Source: Scyliorhinus canicula | Taxonomy: Eukaryota | Direction of reading: 5' to 3' | DNA: 64,000 nucleotides | Assembly (NCBI RefSeq): GCF_902713615.1 | Contig: NC_052164.1 | Span: forward strand, 99,347,575 to 99,411,574 | Shown: piece by piece, positions 11,787 to 21,857 of the stretch | Position numbering within the stretch: position 1 is the first letter of the stretch | Layout of the letters: the number at the start of each line of letters is the position of its first letter | Translations under genes and position numbers: made by a program | Notes under the pieces: model-generated | Database searches by the model: none | The model's input: the letters and a program-made list of their open reading frames with translations, nothing else | What the model was told of the DNA's origin: nothing

Positions 11787-12730
11787 CTCTTGGCGTCTGG
11801 CCGCAGCATAATCCTGCACTTACGAATGATACAACGATACAAAGATCTGGAGAGGGACAGGTAGTATTGAGGAAGCAAGGGGGCTGCAGAAGGACTTGGA
11901 CAGGCTAGGAGAGTGGGCAATGAAGTGGCAAATGAAATACAATGTGGAAAAGTGTGAGGTTATGCACTTTGGAAGGAGGAATCCAGGCATAGACTATTTT
12001 CTAAATGGGGAAATGCTTCGGAAAGCAGAAGCACAAAGGGACTTGGGAGTCCTTGTTCATGATTCTCTTGCAGGTTCAGTCGGCAGTTAAGAAGGTAAAT
12101 GCAATGTTAGCATTCATGTCGAGAGGGCTAGAATACAAGACCAGGGATGTACTTCTGAGGCTGTATAAGGCTCTGGTCAGACCCCATTTGGAGTATTGTG
12201 AGCAGTTTTGAGCCCCGTATCTAAGGAAGGATGTGCTGGCCTTGGAAAGGGTCCAGAGGAGGTTCACAAGAATGATCCCTGGAATGAAGAACTTGTCGTA
12301 TGAGTAACGTTTGACGACTCTGGGTCTGTACTCGTTGGCGTTTAGCAGGATGAGAGGGGATCTTATTGAAACTTACAGGATACTGTGAGGCCTGGATAGA
12401 GTGGACATGGAGAGGATGTTTCCAATTGTAGGAAAAACTAGAACCAGAGGACACCATCTCAGATCAAAGGAACGATCCTTGAAAACAGAGATGAGGAGGA
12501 ATTTTGTCAGTGGTGAATCTGGGGAACGCTTTGCTGCAGAAGGCTGTGGAGGCCAATTCACTGAGTGTCTTTAAGACAGAGATAGATAGGTTCTTAATTA
12601 ATAAGGGGATAGGGGTTATGGGGAGAAGGCAGGAGAATGGGGATGAGAAAATGTCAGCCATGATTGAATGGCGGAGCAGACTCGATGTGCCAAGTGGCCT
12701 AATTCTGCTCCTATGGTCTTATGGTCTTAT
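11787..12730 (+). mobile_element. CR1-clade LINE 3' fragment inserted in the 69-bp array
   Basis: DRLGEWAMKWQMKYNVEKCEVMHFGRRN and LYKALVRPHLEYCEQF; tail (atggtctt)n. Confidence 0.92.
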
Positions 12731-13175
12731 GGGGCTAGATACAGAGTTAAGCTCCCTCTACACTGTCCCCATCAAACACTCCCAACACAGGTACAGCAAG
12801 TGGTTAGGTACAGAGTAAAGCTCCCTCTACATTGTCCCCATCAAACACTCCCAGGACAGGTACATCACGGGGTTAGATACAGAGTAAAGCTCCCTCTATA
12901 CTGTCCCCATCAAACACTCTCAGGGCAGGTACAGCACGGGGTTAGATACAGAGTAAAGCTCCCTCTATACTGTCCCCACCAAACACTCCCAACACAGGTA
13001 CAGCACGGGATTAGATGCAGAGTAAAGATCCCTCTACACTGTCTCCATCAAACACTCCCAGGACAGGTACAGCACTGGGTTAGATACAGAGTAAAGCTCC
13101 ATCTACACCGTCCCCATCAAACACTCCCAGGACAGGTACAGCACTGGGTTAGATACAGAGTGAAGCTCCCTCTAC
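12731..13175. repeat. 69-bp tandem repeat array, block 2 (~6 more diverged units)
   Basis: Same unit, resuming after the CR1 insertion. Confidence 0.95.
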
Positions 13176-15100
13176 AATATCGACCAAGTTTCTTTACTGT
13201 AATTCTCTCTCTCGGAGTCAGTCTCTCTCTGTATGGACACTCTGTAAAACAAATGCATGAGCAAATGCCAGTGGGAGACGTTGCCCGCCGATTGTCGATC
13301 AATAGATTACTGCAACAAGACCAAGCCATTTGTTAACCCTTTAATTGATATTTCTCTACTTACCTTAGTTGAGCAACCTCTCTGTCCGTCTATTTAACCA
13401 GACAGGCAAGAGAGAAATTGATTCTTTCAACTCTCTCCAGTTTTTCACTGAGGCTGAACAGACAGAATAAGGAGCAAAATGAGGTCAACTGGCTTTCAGG
13501 TTTGGGAAGAAGGGTTTCTGATTCACCAATTTTAACTCATTCCTCCCTGGTCTCGTCTGTACGGATGGGGGGCGAATGATGGGATTTGATGCTTTTTCAT
13601 GTATCATTCAGTCATGATGAGTTGCTCTCCTTCTTGTCCATTCACCCTGGGGAGCTGCAGCATTGTAATGAGAGCCTTTTGCACTTTCCTGGAAAAAAAA
13701 AGCAATTTTCCCTAACCCTCGGCCACCTCCATACTCCTAAATCTGACTGGAACGTTATCCAAGGTCTTTAACGCTCCCCTTCAGACCACCACCTTTCCTC
13801 CTTGAGTTAGCCAAAAGATTTTTTGTACCAGGGCTGTCTGCTGCGAATTCACCTTCTCCAGAACGGCGGGCTCCAACACCCAGCTGATTGAGGCCGTTTT
13901 CACTTCTCAGCAGTAACCTTCACAGATGGCGTGGTTCCAGTTCCCCAAGTCCTGCAATCCTTTGCTATCTTTAGGGGGTAACTGAGCATCAAGCAATGCA
14001 GGAACCTCTTTCTAACTTCTCCCGGAGAGAAAGAAAAGATCCTTTCTGATGCTCTGTCTATTGGAGTGCAGCAAATGAACCTGTGCACACTGGCAGGCAG
14101 GATGCGATTCGTTGTCCTGTTTCTTTTGGAACGGAATCCTTTGCAGCATCCCCTGGGACAGGCCCAACTTAGTATTATTCAGTAACAGTCTTGCAGAGTC
14201 AGCACACGAGTCCAGCTGCATCGCCCTCTGATTGATGCAGTGTTTGGAAATATAGATTTTTTTTTTTAACAGAGCTTTACAACACAGCAATATGCAAATA
14301 GAGCTGCAGAGGGTAAAGGCACAACTGCATGATGATAGCAGCACTGAAACTAGTGCAGTCTGGGCAATTGAAGAGAAGGATCTGCCATTGATGCAGCTTA
14401 TTAATAGGGAGTTCTCTTATCAGGACCCTGCTTAAGGAGGGTGGTCTTATGAACAGGAACCATTTAAACAGGCTGGTGTCACTAAAACTCTCTCCCCGCT
14501 TTCAATGATGTTCCTTAAGAGCTTCCTTAATGTCAAGCTTCCGTCTGCCTGTCCTAATAATCCCCCAGTGTCAAATTTAACGTGGTAGCTAATCCTGTGA
14601 AGCACGTCTGTACCCTTTGTTACATTAACGGTACCTTACAAATTATAACTGGTCTCCTGTCATTGCGGCTACTTCTGAACGGGGGGGGGGGGGGTGTGTT
14701 GTTAGCTTTGTGACTTTTTGTAAAGCAGGAGGCTCACCATCAATCCCCCCTGTACCAGGGTGGAGTGGGTGGGTGTTATCATCCCTGACTATGTTGGTTA
14801 GAGCACATGCTGAGTGAGTGATGCCTTTGTTGGTGTTCTCCTTGATGGACCAGGAGACGTGCAATAAGGCCTGGGCTTCAGGATCAGAATTTAAGACTGG
14901 ATCCAGTTGGGATACTTAAATTTTTATACCTCCAAATTTGAAAGAACATCCATACTTCATTAACTAGCTTGAATCTCAAATTCCGTTCTCGGGAATTAGA
15001 AAACTGTCCTTATTTTACAGATATGGAACAGGCCATCAGGCATTTTCAATACTTTGGTTACTGACAGTGTTTTTTTTCACGCCATCCCCAATCCTTTTAG

Positions 15101-15267
15101 TCCACCTTGGCTCCAGTATGGAAGTAACGGTCCAACCGTATGTCGTCAAGCTGAATGGCACTTCGGCCAAACTGACCTGCACCTTCAACTCTTGCTATGA
15201 GGTCAATGAGAAGCGTTTCTTTTTAAATTGGACTTATTCGGAATGTGAGGAATGCCCTCACGATCTG
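15101..15267 (+). CDS. SCN2B: Sodium channel beta-2 subunit, coding exon 2 (end of signal peptide and first half of Ig V domain)
   Basis: Acceptor ccttttAG at 15099-15100 and donor CTG|GTAAGT at 15268. Translates (V)HLGSSMEVTVQPYVVKLNGTSAKLTCTFNSCYEVNEKRFFLNWTYSECEECPHDL, collinear with human VPPGRSMEVTVPATLNVLNGSDARLPCTFNSCYTVNHKQFSLNWTYQECNNCSEEM. Length 167 nt, phase 1/0, equal to the human exon as I recall it. Confidence 0.96.
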
Positions 15268-15379
15268 GTAAGTGTTTTACTTTTCGATTCATGGTTTAAT
15301 TGGGAGGTGCAAGGTGCTTCGTTTTGGAAGAGTGTCTCTTTGCAAACACTAACCTCCCTTGTCTCTCCAAAGTCTTTGA

Positions 15380-15718
15380 ATAATAATAATAATAATCTTT
15401 ATTAGTGTCACAAATAAGCTTACACTAACACTGCAGTGACGGTATGTGAAAATCCCCTAGTTGCCACACTCCGGCACCTGTTCGGGTGCACAGAGGGAGA
15501 ATTCAGAATGTCTAATTCACCGAACAGCGAATCTTTCGGGACTTTTGGGAGGAAACCAGAGCAAGTCCCGAAAGACTTGCTGTTAGGTGAATTATGAATT
15601 CTGAGTTCTCCCTCAGTGTACCCGAAGAGGCGTCGGAATGTGGCGACTGGGGGATTTTCACAGTAATTTCATTGCAGTGTTAATGTCAGCCTACTGGTAA
15701 CAATAAAGATTATTATTA
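15380..15718. repeat. Two head-less SINE 3' halves joined as an inverted repeat in SCN2B intron 2
   Basis: Arms about 15380-15544 and 15563-15718 with an 18-nt spacer; both outer ends are (aat)n / (att)n tails. Confidence 0.85.
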
Positions 15719-16233
15719 CAAGGAAATGTCATGACAAACGACCAAGGTCTTGTTCAGACAAGTACGTTTTAAGGAGCATCCTGAAATAGAAGCAGGAGGT
15801 AGAGAGGTGAAGACGCTTGGAGAGAGAATTCCAGATATCAGGGCCCACACAGCTGAAAGCACGGCCATCAGTGATGGGGCAATTAAATTTGTGAATGTTC
15901 AATAGACCAGAATTGAAGGAGCACTGAGATTTCAGGAAGCTACAGGGCCAGAGGAGATTACAGGGATAGAAAGTGCGAGGCCTTGGAGGAATTTGAAAAC
16001 AAGAAAATCAGGGTTTTTTTATTGCCTGACTGGAAGCCAGTGTATGTCAGCGGGCAAAGGCCTGGTGGATGAACAGGAACTGATGTGAGTTAGCGGACGG
16101 GTAGCCGAGTTTTGTATTAGGTCAGTTAAAAGTGTTGAGTTAGAAAAAGACTTCGAGAAGAGACAAATCGATGAGTTTTAACAAACGTCCTGCACAAAAT
16201 TTAGCCTTTCTCTCTCTTTTTCTTTCCCCATAG

Positions 16234-16444
16234 TTTGTCCAGTTCCGGCACAAGGTCGTCATCCACAAAAATGAACACTTTTCAGGCAGGGTAGAGTGGT
16301 CAGGGAACCTCGTCAAGAATGATGTCTCTCTCACGATTCACGACATCCAGCTCAGTGATGAAGGCTTTTATAACTGTTCTGTGTTAAACCCTCCGGACAG
16401 ACACAATGGATGGGGATTAATCTACCTGCGAGTGGTCACGGAAG
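16234..16444 (+). CDS. SCN2B: Sodium channel beta-2 subunit, coding exon 3 (second half of Ig V domain)
   Basis: Long polypyrimidine tract plus catAG acceptor (16232-33) and GAAG|GTATTG donor. Translates FVQFRHKVVIHKNEHFSGRVEWSGNLVKNDVSLTIHDIQLSDEGFYNCSVLNPPDRHNGWGLIYLRVVTE, with the Ig DEGxYxC motif and the beta-2 NPPDRH motif. 211 nt; not in the ORF track because it has no ATG. Confidence 0.96.
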
Positions 16445-16649
16445 GTATTGTATAATAATATTGTTGTCTGGAGCTCTCCCCCACGTCCACTGACTAATCT
16501 AGGCTAAATTTAGATTTAGTGCATTTTAGAATTGGTTGAATGATTCTTGAAGAGACAAAGAAAATTAAAACATGTGAACATCCAACCCAACAAGGAGTGA
16601 GTTGTTTATAGTCCTTCCATGAAGCAGCACAGGTGAAGTTTGGCAGGAG

Positions 16650-17911
16650 AGCGGGTAGAGGTGGCATCTTGTAGGGGCACGATTCTGGAGGCTCTGTTAA
16701 CGGCATCTTTGCCATTCTCACCGGCTCGGTACTCCACAAGCCCAGTGGTAGTGGCAGCCCTGAGAGTCTGGGGGCAATGGAGGCAACATATGAGACTGGA
16801 GGGGGCGTTGGTGTGATCACCTATCTGTGACAACCACTGATCGCTCTGGGGGGTGCTGGATGGAGACTTTAGGAGGTGGCAATGGGGGGGGGGGGGGGGA
16901 TTGTGAAGTTTGAGAATCTCTTCATTGAGGAGGGGTTCCCGAGCATGGAGGAGCGAGAGGAGGAGTTTGAGTTGCCGGCGGGGGGAACGGATTTCGAAAC
17001 CTGCAGGTACGGGACTTTCTCCGGAGACAGGTTTCAATTTTCTCTCGCCGCCTCTAAGGATACTATAAGATAAGGTGATGTCTAAAACAGGAGTTGGGGA
17101 GGGGAGGTCTCGGAAATATATAAGGAACTGATGGAGTGGGAAGGGGTCCCAATTGGGGAGGTGAAGAGGAAGTGGGAGAACGAGTTGGGAGGGAAGTTGG
17201 AAGTTGGACGATGCAAGAAGGACCTCGCCGTGTGCCAAGCTTAGCCTGATCCAGTTCAAGGTGGGCCACAGGGCTCATATGACTGTGGTCCGGATGAGTA
17301 GGTTTTTTGAGGAGGTTGAGGACAGGTGTGGGAGGTGTGGGGGAAGTCCGGCAAATCATGTACATTTGTTTTGGGCGTGGCTGAAGCTGAGGGGATTCTC
17401 AGAAGTCGTGGTAGAGGTCCTGGAAGGGAGGGTTACACCGAGTGCAGAGGTGGCAATATTTGGAGTGTCAGAAGATCCGGGAGCCCAGGGGGGAAGAAAG
17501 GCCTTTGCCTCCCTGGCGGCCCAGAGATGGATTTTGCTGGAATGGAGGGACTCGGAGCCTCCAAAGTCAGGGGTGTGGGTCAGCAACATGGCAGGTTTCT
17601 CAGGCTAGAGAAGGTTACGTTTGCCTTAAGGGGTTCAATTCAGGGCTTCACTGGGTGGTGTCAGCCGTTCATCAACTTCTTTAAGGAAAACTGACTGTCA
17701 GCAGGAGGAGGGGAATTGGAGGGAGGGGTGGAAGGTGAGGCATAGAAGTGGATAATAAGGGCAGGGAATCTAGTATATGGGTACCTAGAATTTAGTGCGG
17801 AGGGAAGTTGGGTATGTTACTTTCGTGTTTTTGCGTGTGTCGGACCGCTCTGTTATTTAGAATATTAATATGTTGAAATGTTAAAATTATAAATGCCTCA
17901 ATAAAAAAACA
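16650..17911 (+). mobile_element. 5'-truncated L1/Tx1-like LINE in SCN2B intron 3
   Basis: Same ORF2 C-terminal motifs (LSLIQFKVGHRAH, CGRCGGSPANHVHLFW). TSD AAGTTTGGCAGGAG at 16636-49 and 17912-25. Confidence 0.9.
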
Positions 17912-18511
17912 AAGTTTGGCAGGAGGATGAGAAAATGACCTCTGGGAATGGAGCCTGCCTTTCCCCCTCACTAATTGGGCACAAGGACAAGAATACGAAG
18001 CAGGATAGGCCACCAGGTCCATCCAGCCTGTCCCATCATTCAATCTGATCCTGGCTGATCCAAGCTCTCTCTCTAACCCTAATATGCCATTTCCCCAGAG
18101 CCCTCTATTCCTCCATCTGTCAAATATTTCTCCACCTCTACTTTAAATACTTCTAATTATCCAGCCTCCACACACCCCCCCCCCCCCCCCCCCCCCCCCC
18201 TCGGGCCGGGCAGAGAATTCCAAAGCTTCACCACCCTCCGCGAGAGACATTTCTGCGCATCTCAGTTTAAATGACCATCCCTTTATCGTGTAGCGATGTC
18301 CCCTTGTTCCAGACTCTCCCACAAGTGAAAACCCCTCACCATCTACCCTGTCAAGCCCCCTCAGGGTCTTGTATGTTTGGAGGAAGGTTTCCTCTTCTGG
18401 GTGACTTCAAGATGAAATGGGTTACATCTTGGTTGCTCAAAGCTCTCCTGGCCAGACTCCCAACATCCACCATCCAAATCTCTGCGGCACATGTCCTAAC
18501 CCACACCAAGT

Positions 18512-18855
18512 CAGCACGGTAGCATTGTGGATAGCACAATTGCTTAACAGCTCCAGGGTCCCAGGTTCGATTCCGGCTTGGGTCACTGTCTGTGCGGAGT
18601 CTGCACATCCTCCCCGTGTCTGCGTGGGTTTCCTCCGGGTGCTCCGGTTTCCTCCCACAGTCCAAAGATGTGCAGGTTAGGTGGATTGGCCATGATAAAT
18701 TGCCCTTCGTGTCCAAAATTGCCCTTAGTGTTGGGTGGGGTTACTGGGTTATGGGGATAGGGTGGAGGTGTTGACCTTGGGTAGGGTGCTCTTTCCAAGA
18801 GCCGGTGCAGACTCGATGGGCCGAATGGCCTCCTTCTGCACTGTAAATTCTATGA
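18512..18855 (+). mobile_element. HE1-like V-SINE (SCN2B intron 3)
   Basis: Family match. Confidence 0.9.
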
Positions 18856-19568
18856 AAAGTCTCTTTTATCCATCACCCCCATGCTCATTGAACTGCACTG
18901 GTTCCTGGTCTGGCAATGCCTTCAGTTTAATATTCTCATCCCTGTCTTTGCAATCCCTTCCCATCTCTGTAATCTCCTCTATCCCTGAAGCCCTTTGAGA
19001 TTTCTGCACCCCTCCAATTCTGGCCCCTTATGTTTTCCTGATTTCCTTCACTCCAGCATTGGTGGTTGTGCTCTCGGCTGTCTCGGCCATAGATTCTGGA
19101 ATTCCCTCCCTAAACGCCGCTACCTCTCCCTCCTTCTTTAAGATGTGGCTTAAAATCTACCACTTTGACCAAGCTTTCAGTCATCTGCCCTGATATCTCT
19201 TCATGCGCCTTGGTATCAAATTCCGATCGACAATTTTCTGCCCCGCCAAGCAGTGGAGACTCACCGTTGAGTTACGCAAGATTTTTGATAGACAAGGGAG
19301 GGCAGACAGGAAATTGGAGTCCTAACCACAGTCAGATCAGCCATGATCTTATTAATATCGGATAGATCAGGTTCAAAGGTTTCTAAGTCATACGCTTCTG
19401 TGAAGCACCTTGGGACATTTGACTATATTTAAGACGGTAAATGACAGGTGGCACGTGGCCCCAATTTCAATGCTCGCTCTCATTTCATTTTGCTCTGCTC
19501 AGTATTTTCATCTCAATGTGTGTTTCTGCCAAATACTTTTGAATACACAAAGGGCTGTGCTCGACTTA

Positions 19569-19913
19569 TCATAGATCATAGACTTTACAGTGCAGAAGGA
19601 GGCCATTCGGCCCATCGAGTCTGCACCGGTTCCCGGAAAGAGCACCCTACCCACGGTCAACACCTCCACCCTATCCCCATAACCCAGTACCCCCACCCAA
19701 TACTAAGGGCAATTTTGGACACTAAGGGCAATTTATCATGGCCAATCCACCTAACCTGCACATCTTTGGATTGTGGGAGGAAACTGGAGGAAACCCACGC
19801 AGATACGGGGAGGATGTGCAGACTCCGCACAGACAGTGACCCAAGCCGGAATCGAACCTGGGACCCTGGAGCTGTGAAGCAATTGTGCTCTCCACAATGC
19901 TACTGTGCTGCCC
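19569..19913 (-). mobile_element. HE1-like V-SINE (SCN2B intron 3)
   Basis: Family match, opposite orientation to 18512-18855. Confidence 0.9.
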
Positions 19914-20660
19914 CCATTGGTGAGACCACATCTGGAGTACTGTGTACAGTATTGGTCTCCTTATTTAAGGAAAGATGTAAATGTGTTAGAAGCTGTTCAG
20001 AGAAGGTTCACTAGACTAACACCAGGAATGGCCGGGTTGTCTTATGAGGAAAGGCCGGAGAGGTTAGGTTTGTATTCACTGGGGTTTAGAAGAGTATGGG
20101 GCAACTTCACTGAAACCTTTCGGATCCTGAGGTGTCTTGACAGGGTGGATGTGGAGAGGATGTTTCCTCTTGTTGAAGAATCTAGAACCAAGGGTCACTG
20201 TTTAAAAATAAGGGGTCTCACATATAAGACAATGCACCGTGGGCGGCACAGTGGTGCAGTGATTAGCACTGCTGCCTCACATCACCAGGGTTCAATTCCG
20301 GCCTCCAGTGACTGCCTTTGTGGAGTTTGCACCTTCTCCTCGTGTCCGCGTGGGTTTCCTCCAGGTGCTCCGGTTTCCTCCCACAGTCCAAAGGTGTGCA
20401 GGTTAGGTGGACTAGTCATGCTCAATTCTCCCTTAGTGTTCAAAGGTTAGGAGGGGTTAGGGGTTTGCGGGGGAGTGGGCCTAGGTGGGGTGCTCTTTCA
20501 AAGGGTTGGTGCAGACTCAATGGGCCAAATGGACTCCTTCTGCACTGTAGGAATTCTATGAGGTTGAGGAGAATTTTTTTCTCTCAGCACAACTTCTGTC
20601 CTGAAAAGGCAGAGGAAGCAGAGTCTTCAAAGCTAAGCTGGATATATTTTTGATTGGCAC
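19914..20660 (+). mobile_element. CR1 LINE 3' fragment interrupted by a SINE (about 20240-20560)
   Basis: LVRPHLEYCVQYWSPYLRKDVNVLEAVQRRFTRL. Confidence 0.85.
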
Positions 20661-20998
20661 GGGGGTGAAAGGTTCTTGGGGTGGCAGAAATGTGAAGTTG
20701 AGGTTACAATCAGATCAGGAAACATTGATCGCAATTCCATTTTTTGGAGGCCCATTCTACAGCATGGAACACACCACAATTTGGCACAAATAGTCACTGT
20801 GAGGAGTCACATGATGACATTTCCAACGGGCATACTACTGGGCGCAACATGGGCGATGGAATGCCCTTAGCTAAACATGTAATAGAATTCCTGTTGTTGC
20901 TACGTTCAGTTTCTTCCCTCCGAAAGCATGCACTTTGCACGAAATTCCCTCCATACGTGACGACGACAACTCCTCACTGTGTGATGTTTCTCTTTCAG

Positions 20999-21198
20999 TT
21001 GCCCCTGAACGTGACTCCACGGTCGCTGTGATTATAGGAGCGTCAGTCGGGGGGTTTCTGGCTGTGGTGATTCTGATCCTAGTGATTGTGAAATGTGTGA
21101 GGAGGAAAAAGAAACAAGATCACCAATCCGAAGATCAGAAAACCGAAGAGGAAGGAAAAACGGATGGTGAAGGCAATCAGGAAGAAGATGGAAGGTAA
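20999..21198 (+). CDS. SCN2B: Sodium channel beta-2 subunit, coding exon 4 (transmembrane helix and cytoplasmic tail)
   Basis: Acceptor tttctctttcAG at 20997-98. Translates (V)APERDSTVAVIIGASVGGFLAVVILILVIVKCVRRKKKQDHQSEDQKTEEEGKTDGEGNQEEDGR*, nearly identical to human PERDSTVAVIVGASVGGFLAVVILVLMVVKCVRRKK...KTEEEGKTDGEGN. 200 nt to the TAA. Confidence 0.96.
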
Positions 21199-21847
21199 GG
21201 ATTTCTGTCGATGGGGCCAGCCACTCTCACCTCTGAGTCGCACGGTTTGTGGGTTCGAGACCCATTTCAGAGACTTAGGTACAAAACCTGGGCTGACCCT
21301 CCCACTGCAGCCCTGAGGGGGTGCTGCACTGTCAGAGGTACAGCCAGCTGGATGAGATGTTAAACCGAGATCCTCGGTCTGATTTTCTGGCCCCTCCCAC
21401 TGGTGGGATCGTCCAGCCCCACGGAGGTCAAGGGGGATGTAAATGGATTGCCACATCTGCCACTCCGGTGAGGCTGGAAAGTCTCAGGGACCGTCTTCTA
21501 TCTCAGAAGGACATTAAAGATCCCAGGGGCATTAATTCAATGAATAGAGGGAACTTTCCCCATTGACCCGGATCTGTACTTTTCCCTCAAACAACGTGAC
21601 AAGAAAATAGTTTGGCCATTGTTGCTGTTTGCAGGAGTTTGATGTGAAAAGTGCCAGACCAACATACTCTTGCTCATTCCTTCCTTTGGCAAAGACGAAC
21701 AATGATGCTAAACCTGAGAGATCAGGAAGCAGAGTGGAAGACACAGGAAACCTAACACAAACTGAATTACTGGGGGATTTAGATCCATGCCTTTGAGTTT
21801 CAAGTTCACGTACAATTTTTGCTCCAATTATTTTTCCGTTTTTGCAG

Positions 21848-21857
21848 GCAACACTAA
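21848..21857 (+). CDS. SCN2B: Putative additional terminal exon of SCN2B (coding part, adds Q-H before stop)
   Basis: Consensus donor AAG|GTAAGG at 21194/21195 overlaps the exon 4 stop. Acceptor tttttccgtttttgcAG lies at 21846-47. Splicing gives ...EEDG-R-Q-H-stop. No transcript evidence. Confidence 0.45.

Noticed and set aside
9436-13175. CRISPR-like array
   Set aside because: Units are contiguous near-identical 69-mers without unique spacers; no cas genes; eukaryotic context.
14075-14128. ATG-MNLCTLAGRMRFVVLFLL as a candidate SCN2B exon 1
   Set aside because: It looks like a signal peptide but has no GT donor in phase 1 after the hydrophobic stretch. I found no convincing exon 1 in 1-15100, so it probably lies upstream of the window.
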